This document shows positions 1 to 13,653 of a stretch of 64,000 nucleotides of DNA, one piece after another. Origin of the DNA: Octopus vulgaris (Eukaryota). The notes under the pieces were generated by a model. The model was given only the letters and a program-made list of their open reading frames with translations. It was not told the DNA's origin and did no database searches. The position numbers were made by a program, and so were the translations under genes. Where the stretch lies: the NCBI GenBank assembly GCA_951406725.2, contig OX597823.1, positions 33,914,001-33,978,000 on the forward strand, in the 5' to 3' direction. The first letter of the stretch is position 1, and every line of letters begins with the position of its first letter.

Positions 1-812
1 TCCCGGGGCTAAATTACAGCAACATTCATCCTAAACCAGGACTGTTGGCAAACAATCTTTTCTACATTGATTTTACACTTCACAAAAGAGCCTCCTATGA
101 GTACTTACTGACTAAAAGTGTTAAGAAAAAAAGCAGTAAATCAATTACTGCTGCAGCTACAAAAGTTTCCCTACAAATTACATTTTGAATTGTTGGACTG
201 TAAACATAAAGCAGCAGTAAAAAGGCATTAAGATCTCTATGGTGTCTGGGCATAAAAGCATACCTTTATATGATCACTGACGTTTTTGTTGAATGTCCCA
301 TTATATAAATAAAACTACTTCTGACCTGGATGAACAAATGTATTCAGAATGCTATCACAGAAACAGCAGCATAATACAAAAAGAAGTCATCCCTACCAGG
401 TATATTGAAAGCAATATCTTCCATTCCTACAGATGTTACCTCAGCAGAGCATTTCTCAAGACAATACACCATTTTATTAACGAATCTACTGCAACTATTC
501 TTAGGTGTGTCATGAATCCCAGAATCCAAAAGACTGAGTTTAACCTGGTTTCCCTGTCATATAAAATGTGATTGGGCTTACAAACTCTCCCTGGATGGTA
601 TGCCAGTCTCCTGTTGTGTTAACTTCCCAGCTCTTCCTGGAACTCATCAGAGTGAACTGGAACAACATAAAATGAAGTGTTTTGCTCAAGAACACAATTT
701 GCATCTGTGTTAGGAGTGCAACAGACCAAACAGGCCACATATCCTGCAACCAGCTCCAGCCAAATAATGTAAGCATAATTTTACAATACTGTAACAAAGA
801 TGCTCCACGTAT

Positions 813-1236
813 AGGTGCAGGCGTCGCTGTTTGGTAAGAAGCTTGCTTTCCAACCACATGGTTCCAGGTTCAGTTCCACTGTGTGGCACTTTGGACAAGT
901 GTCTTCTACTATAGCCTTGGGCTGACCAAAGTTTTGTGTGTGGATTTGGTAGACGGAAAACTGGAAGAAGCCCATCATGTGTATACACACACACACACAT
1001 ATATGTATATATATATATATGTATGTATATATTTGTATGTCTGTGTTTGTCCTCCTACCATCACTTGACAACCAATTTTGGTGTGTTTGCATCCCTGTAA
1101 CTTAGCAGTTCAGCATAAGAAACTGATAGAATAAGTACTACACTTACAGAGAGTGAGTCCTGGGATTAATTTGTTTGACTAAAAGCAATGCTCCAGCATG
1201 GCCACACTCAAATGACTGACACAAGAATAAAAGAAT
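813..1236 (+). mobile_element. tRNA-derived SINE family A, full length, with internal (CA/TA) microsatellite
   Basis: A/B-box-like head (GCTGTTTGGTAAG...GGTTCAGTTCC) and AATAAAAGAATA tail. Homologous copies at 30673, 39459, 60323 and 62402. Confidence 0.85.
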
Positions 1237-2370
1237 ACCCTTGACTACCTAATCTCAATTCCCTTCGACAAAAGCATTCTGTGATATTCACATTAAACTT
1301 AGAAAATAGCAATGTGTAACATTTATGGAGGAACTTTAACATTGAGACAATTCATCTTCATTGACAAACAGGGAATAACTGAGAACATCTTCCTACAAGA
1401 CTGCCACTATTAACCATCTACAGAATGTCAGGATTGAAGTTCCACAGACCATTTTGCATGGCTGGGTAGTTGACTGTGAATATTAGACAAGAATCCGAGT
1501 GACAGGTGCCCTCTTTCTTGAACCACATGTGACCCTAGGGAGACTATACCTGTTCACCATCCAGAGATATTCCAGTTACAGTAGCAGTACAAAAATGCCC
1601 ATCACTGATAAGAGCATGTCAAGACATCTTCTTTATCAATGTAAGCAGTAGATTGACCACCTGTTTCTTTCATGGGAAAGAAATAGAGCAGAAATTTTAA
1701 TCTGAGAGTAAATGTCTTAATCAGAATACCACTGTTCACTATGTTGTTAACCTACCAATAATGTATACTGTGTTGTTAATTCAAAACTTCTGTACACTTT
1801 GGTGTTAACTACCGCTGCCACCACCACCAACGACAACACCACCACCGCCGCCGCCACCACTCAAGTGTCAACTACATACACCACAGCACTGTACCTTCAT
1901 ATCATCTTCCTAGTTAAAGCAATAATGACTGTCTATCTTTTCATTAAACAAGTAACAGAGTGACTTTTCATGAAATTGTAAGATTATAAACTATGATGAA
2001 CAGATATAAATATAAATAAATAAGTAGGCATTATCGTAACAAAACAGCCATTTATTCTGATATATTCTAACATATTTGAAATGTTTTCAAAGCTACATTT
2101 CAATAAAATGGCAGCAATACTATGTAGTGAGCACATATTCTCAGTATATGTTTTGGTCGAGATAAGAACAACACCAAGGATATGTTTTATCTGAAGAATA
2201 TAATCTGACAGAAACCTATGAGCCCGTGTTCTTGCTGAGCAAAATTAAAAGAATTCTTTTGTGAAGACTTTTAAAATCCAGTCATAAATAGAGATAGTCG
2301 TAAGCAGTGAAATTAATACGTGTGTGTGCATATATATATATATGTATATGTATATATAAATATATATAAG

Positions 2371-2401
<31 letters not shown>

Positions 2402-2859
2402 TTACCCACACATATGTGTGTGTCTGAGTATAATGTAAACAAAGTGACACAGGAAAGCAAACCAAGTCATGTATATATATATGGATATGGATAATAAATA
2501 TACATGTATGTATGTGTAATAACTGTATGCCGACATATAATGACACACTCCCATTGTAGATGATGTATGAGCATTCAGTTTTTGCCAAATGATCTGCACA
2601 GATGATTTCTTTACAGTGATCAAATGTTTGTTCCGCACATTACCTCACTCCCTCCATCAAATTGATGTAGCATGAACAGGTCCCACAGTGTGCCATGCCT
2701 CAGGTGTTGAAGTGATCACAGAGTCACGTGAGATGAAGTGTTCTCCTCAAGAATACAAGAGAGTACCTGGTCTAGGAACTGGAACCATGATCTCGTGATT
2801 GTGAATGCAACACGTTAACCATTAGACCATAGCTCGTCATGTGTAATAATAAAGGAAAG

Positions 2860-3570
2860 GGGAGAACAACTGAGAATGGAATATTTCTGAAGACTAAGAT
2901 TGATGCTGTACTCAAAATTCTCCGGATGAAATGGAAGCCAAGCAGCATCACTTCAGTATGAAGCTGGAATCATACACTGGCCAAAGAACTGATGAACATC
3001 GATACAAAGACAAGAAAAATATTGACAGTGCATGGAGCCTTTCACCCTAAGAGTGACACCAATAGGCTGTACTTGTCTGGAAGAAAGGGTGGAAGATCAG
3101 TTGCAAGGACTGTATTGAAGCAGAGGAAACCAGCTTTGGGTGGTATGTGAAAAATACTGAGGAATCATTGTTGAAACATATGAAGATGTCTGGCATCATT
3201 AATATTGATAATTGTGTAAACAAGGAAAAACTTAAAGAGGAAAAGAAAAAAAGAGTCAACGTTGAAGGAGAAAAAATGTACGGTCAGTTTGCCAGAAGTA
3301 CAAATGCCATGACGTATGCAGAAGACCGGTGGCTATGGATGAGGAGGAGTGACCTGAAGATAGAGACAGAAGCACTTATATGCACTGCATAAGAACAAGT
3401 ATTAAGGACCAAATATGTGAAGTAAAGAATTGATAATGCTACCAATGCTACCAACAGCGACAAGTGCAGAGTGTGTGGTAAGAGGGGTGAAATTGTATGG
3501 CACAGCGTTAGTGAATGCCTGAAATTGGCACAATGCGAACACAAAAGACAACCTGACAATGTGGCAAAGA
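2860..3570 (+). pseudogene. R4/Dong-clade non-LTR retrotransposon fragment (post-RT region and CCHC finger)
   Basis: Translates to IDTKTRKILTVHGAFHPKSDTNRLY, MYGQFAR, WLWMRRSDLKIETEALICTA*EQ and DKCRVCGKRGEIVWHSVSEC. Contains stops and frameshifts. Confidence 0.8.
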
Positions 3571-3574
3571 ATGT

Positions 3575-4043
3575 GTGTGTTAGTGTATGTATACATATAT
3601 ATATATGTACAGTCATAAAACCAGATATTTATGTGTTGGTGTATATGTATATACGTGTATGCATATGCATAAATATCTATCTATCTTTTTAGCCATGTAT
3701 CTATCTATCTATCAATTCATATATATGCGTGTGTGTATGTATATACATTTATGTATATATATTTATGTATATATATGTATATGTATGTATATATATGTAT
3801 ATATATATATATGTATATATGTATAAATATATGTATATATATATATATGTATATATATGTATGTATATATATGTATATATATATGTATATATATATATAT
3901 GTATATACATGTGTGTGCGTATGTATATACACATATATATATATGTATACATATATGTATATATATATATACATATATATATATGTGTATATATGTGTAT
4001 ATATATGTATATATATATGTATATGTATATATGTATATATATA

Positions 4044-4126
<83 letters not shown>

Positions 4127-4426
4127 GCATCACCATATAGGGATACATATATGCATATGAGGATACAAGCAGATGTGCAAATAAGCATATGTATAGCTGT
4201 GTGTATGTGTTTGTATATCTACACACATCCCTGTCCATGTCGGTATATTTTTATTGATGAATATAAGTATATATGCAAAGTCATGTGTACTTCTGTATGT
4301 AAACATACACATATATTGTTCTGTCTGTCTCCCTCTCTATATGAGTGTGTGTGTCTGTGTGTGTTTGTGTGTGCGTGTGTGCATGTGTGTGTGTGTATGT
4401 GTGTGTGTGTATGTCTGTACGTATGT
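3575..4426. repeat. compound (TA)n/(TATG)n/(TG)n microsatellite field
   Basis: Directly visible. Source of the YIYI/VCVC ORFs. Confidence 0.95.
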
Positions 4427-6022
4427 ATCATCATCATCATTGTTTAACATCCACTTCCATGCTAGCATGGATTGGACAATTTGACTGAGGCCTGGCGAAC
4501 CAGATGGCTGCACCAAACTCCAATCTGATCTGGCAGAGTTTCTACAGCTGGATGCCCTTCATAATGCCAACCACTCTGAGAGTGTAGTGGGTGCTTTTAC
4601 ATGCCACCAGCATGAGGGCCAGTCAGGCAGTACTGGCAACAGCCACGCTCAAATGGTGTTTCTTATGTGCCACCGGAACAGGAGCCAGTCCAGCGACACT
4701 GCCAATAACCTAGCTTGAATGATTTTTTATGTGTCACCAGCACGTGGCAGTAAGGCGACGCTGGTAACAATCACTCTCAAATGGTGCTTTTTATGTGCCA
4801 CTGGCATGGAAGCCGGTTAGCTGCTCTGGCCACAATCACGCTTGGATGGTGCTCTTAGTGCTCCACTAGCACGGATGCCAGTCATCGAATTTGATTTTGA
4901 TTTCATTTGCCTCAACAGGTCTTCACAAGCAGAGTTTAGTGTCCAATGAAGGAAAGGTATGCATAAGTGGGTTGGTTACACCACTGGCTTAGGCCACGAG
5001 GTTATGGTCTCAGTTGGCTTGCCAGGTCTTCTCAAGCACAGCATATTTCCAAAGGTCTCAGTCACTAGTCATTGCCTCAGTGAGACCTAATGTTCGAAGG
5101 TCGTGCTTCACCACCTCATCCCGGGTCTTCCTGGGTCTACCTCTTTCACAGTTTCCCACATCCGGTAGGGTGTGCCACTTTTTCACACAACTATCTTCAT
5201 CCATTCTCACCACATGACCATACCAGTGCAGTTGTCTCTCTTGCATACCACATCTGGTGCTTCTTATGCCCAACTTTTCTCTCAAGATACTTACACTCTG
5301 TGGAGTATGCACACTGACATTACACATCCATCAGATCATACCGGCTTCATTCCTTGCAAGCTTACGCATGTCCTCAGTAGTCACGGCTCATGTTTCACTG
5401 CCATGTAGTATGGCTTTTCATACACATGCATCATACAGTCTACCTTTTACTCTGAGTGAGAGGCCCTTTGTCACCAGCAGAGGTAAGAGCTCTCTGAACT
5501 TTGCCCAGGCTATTCTAGCAGCAACACTTTCAGCGCATCCTCCCCTGCTACTGACTTGGTCACCTAGGTAACAGAAGCTATCAACTACTTCTAGTTTTTC
5601 TCCTTGAAATGTGACAGAAGTTGTTCCCTGCACATTTTCAGTGTTTATTGCTCCTGAGCATCTGCCACATTCAAAAACTATCTACCTAGTTAGCCTTCCT
5701 TTGATATTGTGGCACCTCTTATGTGTTCATAGCTTACACTGGGTACATCTTATAGAGTTTCTACCTATGCCTTTTCTACCGAGTGAGCAAGGCCATCTAC
5801 CTGAAGGGATTTGTGGTTTGCCTGCCTTCCTACTTATTAGAACTTTGGTTTTAGCTAGGTTGACTCTAAGGCCCTTCGATTCTACTCCTTGTTTCCACAC
5901 CTGAAACTTCTCCTCGAGTTCAGCAATTAGAGCAAGGTTGTCAGCACAGAGGCGCTCCCAGGGGCATCCTGTCTTGAATTCCTCTGTTATTGCTTGGAGG
6001 ACTATGGTAAATAGAGGGGGCT
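4427..6022 (-). mobile_element. 5'-truncated RTE LINE: RT end, PHD-like finger, C-terminus, repeat-containing 3' UTR, (GAT)n tail
   Basis: Minus-strand peptides EKLEVVDSFCYLGDQ, LRVKGRLYDACV and LHWYGHVVRMDED..RGRPRKT. Reverse complement of 44265-45735. Confidence 0.92.
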
Positions 6023-6563
6023 AGTTTTATTTCAAGATTTCTTGCCAATAGAGAAAGAGCCAGTTTCTAACCTAGACTCAAGGTTCCTTTATTGCAATTT
6101 CAACATCAACAACAGGGTATGTATGTATGTATGTATATGTGCAGATTTGTATGTTTTGCCTTATGTATATATTCTCATGCATATAGTTACATACCTAGAC
6201 ATGCATATATATATATATTTAAATGATAAACTTCTGGAAAGTTTTACAGATTTTTACAGTTCCAGTGAAGGATTGGATCTGTAGCCTTTGAATTAGCTTT
6301 CTCCTTTCTGGTTTTGAGAAGCTTAATTTCTCAAGATTGGTATTTAGGCAGTGTGTTACATATCCCAGTGCCTCAATAATTACAGGTCGGATGGGTGTAT
6401 GTATGTATGTATGTATGTATGTATGTATGTATGTATGTATATATGTATGTATGTATGTATGGACAGATGGATGGATGTAGGTGGATTCATGCATACATGT
6501 ATTTGAATTTGTGCATATGTATTTGTATATACTGGTAACAGATTCTCTTTCAGACCCTTTAAC

Positions 6564-6794
6564 TTAACCCTATTGATATCAACCTGGTTGAAACCAGTTC
6601 TGCCTCTGTAGTGCAAATGTCTTGTTTTCATAAGTTTTGAATTAAAATCTTCCACCAAACCTCTGTTATAATTTATGTTCTTAACACTAGCTGAAAGATA
6701 ATGAAGTTATTTTACTAAATTCTTTGAAAAAGATTTAAAGTAATTGAAAGAAACACAGAGCATCTCAACAGAAATACACTAATGAAAGAGTTAA
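6564..6794. mobile_element. TTAA-flanked MITE (piggyBac-like ends)
   Basis: TTAA-CCCT... start and ...GAAAGAG-TTAA end. Related ends at about 48320-48520 and 63541-63606 (TTAACCCTTTCGTTAC). Confidence 0.6.
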
Positions 6795-7214
6795 AGATAT
6801 AATTTGCTTGCATTTACTTTGTGTATTCTTATTAAATCTTTGTATTTAGTTTGGAAAATAGTCTTTTTAAATCCATTGATTAATTTAGGCTTCAAGGCCT
6901 TGGCCTCATAATTAATCCGAATGAAATTCTGACAATTATGACATGTTCTTGCATGGTCTGCAGTAAATCACAATAAAGCAAGGGAATATTGTCAGAACTG
7001 ATTAACTTGTCAAGGCCAGATGTAAATATATGTAAATACATGTCATATTTATAAATGTGTGTTTGCATATATGAGGTGTGTAGTCTGTCTAGAATCACAA
7101 GCAGACTAACAGAGAAAGTAAGCTTCATATATGACAGATGCACTGGTGCAATATGAGCTCATTGGAAATAGATTCTCTTAAATGTTCACATGGCTCACTT
7201 GAACTAATCAATGG

Positions 7215-7935
7215 CTTTTTGTTACCGAACAGGTGGAATTAGTAAAGTAGGTGATTGCTCTGAAAGTGTAGTAATCAAGGTAAGAATAGGTTGGAAAGGA
7301 TTGGGGGAACTACTATCATTGCTGGCAATAAAAGTCTTTTCCCTCGAGATGAAGGACAAATTGTGAAAAATGTTTTGTGTTATAGTTGTAAAGCATAGGC
7401 TGGGCCTAAATGCAGAGGACTTTAGAAGATTGGAAAGAAATGAAGCGAACATGCTCTACTGGATGTGCATTGTAAATGAGTATGAATGATGTAGTGCGAA
7501 AAACGTGTTTGGTGAAAAATTGGGCATAAGAGGAATCTGATGTAGTGTGCAAGAGAGAAGACTGCATTGATATATGCGATGTGTAGGGATGAGGACAGCT
7601 GTATAAAGGAGTGTTGCTCACTTGATTCAGAAGAGGAAGACCCCGGCTGACATAGGGCAGAATGGTGTAGGTTGATATCAGAACTTTGAACCTTATGGAG
7701 GAGGTGACAAAGGAACTTGATGGCATGTGCAAGAAGGAAAGCTGTGCTGTTATGGTCATGTGATGTATATATGGATGAGGATAAAGATGTAACTGGAATC
7801 TGTAGAAAAAGGAAACCCTGAAAAATATAGGACAAAGTATTGATGATTGAATTCAGGAGCTTGAATTTCATGAAGGAGATGACAAAGGACCAGGATGACT
7901 GGCAATATGTGGTTCTAGAGAAGATCTGCTCACTT
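7215..7935 (+). pseudogene. old degenerate RTE LINE C-terminal fragment, 3' part present twice
   Basis: Similar to 44750-45300 (RLERNEANMLYWMC; LCCYGH; RGRP). Confidence 0.7.
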
Positions 7936-8774
7936 CAGCAAAATTGGGATTTTGGAAACACAATGTATAATATGTACAACTGACCTCCTTTCCCAGTTTC
8001 CTTCCAAAGCCTTCCCCACCATCCCTCACTAACTTTCTGCTGTATTCTGATACTGTAAGTAAATGAGAGAAGTGGATATTGCATCATCTTTGCTCTGATA
8101 CCAGTAATCTCCCTCACTAGCCAGAATCACTTTTCTTGCACCTAGCCATAATTCTTAATGTTATCCCTCTCCACTCACATTATACACTGATCACCTTTTC
8201 ATGCTACCAAATTATCTTTCCTTATCAACCACCATATATCTCACTCTTCTGCACCCTATCCACCCATGTCCTCTCCCTTTCCCCCCATTCTTCCACTATC
8301 TACTGCTCTTCACTCCTATTTCTATCTACATTTCAGCTTAAGAATTTAAAATAACTCCAGATTTTGTTCAAAATATTTCTATGTATACCCCAAGCTACAT
8401 TCTACATTTATAATGATTAATTAACAATTTTCCCCTTATACCCTTGCAAAATCATTTACTCCATCAGATGTTACACTTAATAAATAATCTATAATCATAT
8501 CAAAGTGATTGATTATTCTACCATACTAAGTTTATTATCTGATGAGATGAAATGCTGGAACCCAATCTGTCTGGAGTGCAACTTGATGCAGAAAACATTA
8601 CCAGAACTTTAAAAATTTAAATCATTAGTTTTACTATTTGAATTATTGCAATTCTCTGTTGTGCCACTGAAATAATTTGTTTTATTTTTAACATGAAACC
8701 CACTTCCAAATGCCTAGGAAAAATTTATGAAGTAAATATAAAAAAAAAAAAAATGTAACTAAGAAGATATATAC

Positions 8775-8845
<71 letters not shown>

Positions 8846-8888
8846 CACATATATACGTGTCTGTCATTGTATGTGTGTACACACACGC

Positions 8889-8921
<33 letters not shown>

Positions 8922-8923
8922 TA

Positions 8924-8958
<35 letters not shown>

Positions 8959-9298
8959 ATATATATATATACACACAATATATATACATATATACACACA
9001 CAAACACATGTATACATTTGTAGATCATGTGTTTATGCATGTGTATAATATATATATGTGTGTATGTATTTGTAGGTATGCATGTATGTATGTACATACC
9101 CACATATCTACATACAAAGACACATACACATACAGCCATAAAACAATTGTGATGAAACTCTCCATATCCTATTAATTAGGAAAATCAAAAAGAAAATTAT
9201 GGAACTCGTTACATAAGAGACTGTCTATAAATCTTCCTAAATTATGCTTCAACTCATAAGCACCTGGTTGACTTGTGCCCAGTGTACAAGATTCTAGT

Positions 9299-9510
9299 GG
9301 AGGTGCCTGGCTTTGCATGGGTTAGTGTTTAGAGTGTGGGACTATTGAGCGTAAAGTTGAGGTTTCAATTCTTGAACTGGGAGATGTGTTGTGTTCTTGA
9401 GCAAAACATTTCATTCCATATTGCTCCTATCCACTCAGCTGGTGAAAAGAGGTGGGGGAATTCATATACCATGAAACCGGGGAACTGGCCTTTATGAGTC
9501 AGTATGACTC
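9299..9510 (+). mobile_element. tRNA-derived SINE family B (TTGTGTTCTTGAGCAAAACA core), internally deleted
   Basis: Homologous to 48686-48938. Core also at 640-700 (-) and 18015-18090. Confidence 0.7.
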
Positions 9511-9806
9511 TACAGCACAGTGGTCAAGCAGTGGTCAGGCGGTGGGACCAAACTTCTAATCATTTGCTTCCGACTAAGTAAATTCTTAATTGGAACTTCT
9601 CTCTCTCTCTCTTTCTTTCTTTATTTTCTCTCTTTTTCTTCCTCTCTCTCTAAGTATCTGTCTCTCTTTCTCTTTCTTAGTAACTTCCCCTGAAAATTCA
9701 TTCAAATTCTGTGTCCAAACATGAAGCAGAGGGTAAAACGGATCACCATTATGATGGGAAGTGGCTTCTGCGCCATCACCTGATACAAACAAATAAGAGA
9801 GAGAGA

Positions 9807-9837
<31 letters not shown>

Positions 9838-9840
<3 letters not shown>

Positions 9841-10193
9841 CGGGAAGGTTTACGAAAATAAACAAAAGACGAAGGCAGGTGGGGTACAAACAAACAAACG
9901 TATTAGTATGGCACTCAGGAATAGAAATAGAACAAGTCTTTTACGTTTCGAGCCTACGCTCTTCGACAGAAAGATACACAGAAAAAAAACAAGGAGAGAA
10001 AAAAATGCGTGTAGGAGCTAACAATCTATCATGGCGTTCTGACTTTGGGCAGAGGTCAGAGGTCAGACGCTAGAGGGACAGTAGGGGAGATAACAGGGTC
10101 AAGTGACTTCCAAAACGAAGGTGTCCCCAACACAAAGGTGCGTGTGGTGTGTATAAGATAGTATGTATGTGCATGTGAAAGAGGGCTGGTGGT
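9838..10193 (-). mobile_element. non-autonomous Penelope-like element (family P3) inserted in (TA)n
   Basis: Flanked by TA runs. Shares its 3' region with 37100-37270, 38555-38748 and 63188-63320. Contains a minimal hammerhead-like motif. Confidence 0.6.
9937..9974 (-). ncRNA. minimal hammerhead ribozyme-like motif, variant core
   Basis: Minus strand reads UCUUU-CUGUCGA-A-GAGC(GUAG)GCUC-GAAA-C-GUA-AAAGA. Helices I and II pair, but the conserved A6 is U. Confidence 0.55.
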
Positions 10194-10194
10194 C

Positions 10195-10238
<44 letters not shown>

Positions 10239-10556
10239 ATTTGTGAGCATTTTTAGACAAGGGCTTATTTGCAAAACTAAAGGCACTATGAAGAGTGTTG
10301 TTTTTCTGATACGGACATTTATGGGCATCTGGGAAATGGAAATATGGAAAGTCACAAAATTTGAATGAATTATCAAAGAGAGAGAGAGAGAGAGAGAGAA
10401 TAAGGGTGTATGGTTAAGAAATTTGCTTTTCTGAACAACATGGTTCAGGGTTTGGTGCCACTGTACGGTTTCTGTCAGCCGGTGTCCTGCATTACATTGC
10501 AAGCGAATCAGTTCCTTGTGAGTAAAATTGGTGAATAAAACCTTAAGAAACCCATG

Positions 10557-10607
<51 letters not shown>

Positions 10608-12519
10608 TATGTGTGTGTGTTTATGTGTGTGTGTGTGTGAGTTCCTATTCTCCTCATCTTCGCATACGTTTAATGATTCTAAACCAAAGCTTGAAACAGT
10701 TGTCCTTGCTTCCCAGTTATCCATGTCTGGTCTGTTCATTGCTCAACAGATTCTGAGGTGGGTGGCAATTATTTCCTTGCTTAAAAACAGGTGATGACTG
10801 GGGACAGAAAGGGCCTCTGGCCATAGAATATCTGCCTCTGTAGAGTCTTGTCTGACCCATGCAAGCATAGAAAAGTAGATATTAAAACAATGCTGTTGTT
10901 GGTTTTGATGACAACGGTGATGATGGTGATGATGGTAGTGGTGGCAATAATGGCAATTGATAGTGGTGATGGTGGTGGTGTCAATAATGATGTTGATTAT
11001 GATGATGATGATGATACTGGCAATGCTGGTAGTTTTGATGATGGTGATGGTGATGACAATAGTGGTTGTGGTGGTAGTGGTGATGGTGTTAGTGTTGGTG
11101 TGGTGGTAGTGGTGGTATTGATGATGATGTATGTTAATTTTAAAACAGTCATTATTTCAATTTCCTATGATTATAATTAAATCTTTAAAATGCTATAAAT
11201 GTCAAATGTGTGATAACCTTCTGGTTAAACATATATAGTAATTAGTAAATCATGATTTGTTATCACCGTATTCTATTTTTTTAATATTAATTTCTTGCCA
11301 TTTTTATTATTGTTCTCTTTAAATACTGTATTTGAGAAGGAAAATCTCCATTCGAAAGCAACATTACCATTATTGACCAAGCAGCTTTCCACAGTAAGAC
11401 ATCATCACCAGCAAAATGCCACTTAGAAGCAAGCCTTCATAAATTCTGTAAACAAAAACAAAGGGAGATAACTGCAATTCTGTAAAAGAGGGCTATATCT
11501 CCCCTGCCATTTATGCAAAGCTGAAGCCCTAATTTATTAAGCTACTGTCTCAGTTCCTGAGGGCACTCAATTCTTTAAATCATATATTGGGGTATGTGAG
11601 TGTAGTTTCAAGAGAAGCTGCTTAAAATATTGGCCAAGTCGATAAAAGAAATATCACAGTCTTATCAAGCTATATTTGGAATTTGAAAGATAATGGTATT
11701 GTCAATTTCAATATACTGCACTGTTGCAAAAGGTACATCCCTTGCACAAATTACTGTGACCTCTGTAATGACAAGACACCTTAAATAGGAGGTCAATGTT
11801 AATTACAAAATGTTGCCATTTAAATAAGTAAAATCTGATTTTAACAGAGCTTTTGAACTTCATTGAAAGTAAATAAGCAGGCAACTAGAAGTGTGCAGAC
11901 CACGATCCTATAAGTAAGAAAATCAGGAAGTGAATAAAAAGTGACACAACATATATAAACATACATACATACATACATATACAAACATACACACTCACAC
12001 ATACACACACACAAAAACATAAACACATATGCACACACATACACACATTTATATATATACATATGTGCACACACACATATTAACACATACACACACTCAT
12101 CTGTAGTTATACACACACATACATAAATACATACATACACACACACCTACATGCAGACACTCACACACCCTCTCACATATACTCACATATATAAATGTAT
12201 GCACACACACACACACATGCACTTAGAAGAGCAAAGCTTGCATCATTCATTGACAATATAAAGAAGAATAGAAAAAAAACAAATACACAAAGGAAATAGA
12301 TAAGGATAAAAAAAAAGGCATTTAAAAGAAAGCAAATATGAATAGAAAGAGTGAATGAGAAGTGATGGAGATAAAAGAAGTGCGAACAAGGAAGAGTAGG
12401 AAGTTTATAGCAATAAGTAATGGGTCAGAGAATGATATAAGGATGAGACTATACACTGGTCGTTCAAAAAAAGTAGTCACCAAAGGAAAGCATACAGAAG
12501 AGATTAAATGTATGAGAAT

Positions 12520-13115
12520 CATCATCATCACCATCATTATCATTGTTTAATGTCCACTTTCCATGCTGATATTGGTTGGACTGTTTGACTGAAGTCTGGA
12601 GAGCCAGTAGGCTGCACCAGGCTCCAATCTGATCTGGCAATGTTTCTACAGCTGGATGCCCTTCGTAACGCCAACCACTCTGAGAGTGTAGTGGGTGCTT
12701 TTTTTTGCATGCCACAGGCATGGGAGTTGGTCAGGTGGCTCTGGCATTGATCACGTTCAGATAGTGCTTTTTACATGCCACTGGCATGGCAGCCAGTCAG
12801 GAGGCACTGGCATCGGTCACGTTCAGATAGTGCTTTTTATGTGGTACCAGCCCAGGAGCCAGTCAGGGGGTACTGGCATCAGCTACATTCAGACAGGGCT
12901 TTTTATGTGCCACCAGTACAGGAGCCAGTCAGGTGGACCTGGCATCGTCCACATTTGGATGATTCTTATTACATGCTGCCAGCACAGGGGCCAGTCAGGT
13001 GGACCTGGCATTGTCCATGTTCGGATGGTGCTTTTTACATGCCACCAGAATGGGAGCCAGTCAGGTGGACCTGGCATTGACCACATTCAGGTGGTGTTTT
13101 TTATGTGCCACCAGC
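12520..13115 (-). mobile_element. RTE 3' end with expanded 66-bp tandem array (about 6.3 units)
   Basis: (ATC)n plus RTE tail, then units starting 12763 and 12829 (period 66). Gives the 22-aa periodic ORF 12695-13234. Confidence 0.88.
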
Positions 13116-13605
13116 AAACAACAAATATAATCACCCTGAATACTAAAATTAATATATTTAATAATGAATACTTAATATTTAACCTAATTACTGTTTGGTG
13201 TAATGTGATTTATTTGGAGAACAAATTCCAATGAAAAGGTTTGTATCCAATGAATAGATATGAGTAATGTAGTTATTCTGAGGATTTCCGACACTCAATA
13301 GCCCAAGGGTTCTATTGTACTATATTGCCCGTTATCATATATGAGCTCCAGTATGGCCCAAGTATTTGGATTATTCATAGATACTACGGTAATAATAAAT
13401 TACCCAAGATATTATATGTGTGACAAGAAATGATCAAATCTAAATATTTGTGGCGAAAGAATTTAAATAAGATTTCAGTCCTTAGATTTATTGAAAATCC
13501 TAAAATGTTCAAGTGAAGTACTTTACAGATCAAATGAACTTAGAATAAAATGCCCTCATTAAATTAGATGCATTTCTTTCATATTTCAAACCTGTTATTT
13601 AGTTT

Positions 13606-13653
<48 letters not shown>

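Noticed and set aside
1-540. Possible ancient LINE endonuclease remnants (also about 1240-1400 and 40060-40600)
   Set aside because: Only faint motif resemblance. Too degenerate to assign without an alignment.
3587-4484. Long ORFs rich in Y/I/V/C/H/T (also at 8.7, 16.1, 23, 24.4, 29.2 and 33.4 kb)
   Set aside because: Translations of TA/TG/CA microsatellites, which lack stop codons. No coding signal.
8535-8610. Other CTGATGA occurrences as hammerheads (8539, 57230, 61378)
   Set aside because: No matching helix II plus GAAA..UH plus helix I could be built.
11368-11445. Possible minus-strand exon (TTTTGTTTACAG acceptor; IYEGLLLSGILLVMMSYCGKLLGQ*)
   Set aside because: Short, ends in a stop, no recognisable homology or partner exon. 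Needs RNA-seq.
12695-13234. 179-aa ORF with 22-aa repeats, and a CRISPR-like look of the array
   Set aside because: Antisense reading of the RTE 3' UTR tandem array. Units are homologous along their whole length, with no unique spacers and no cas genes.
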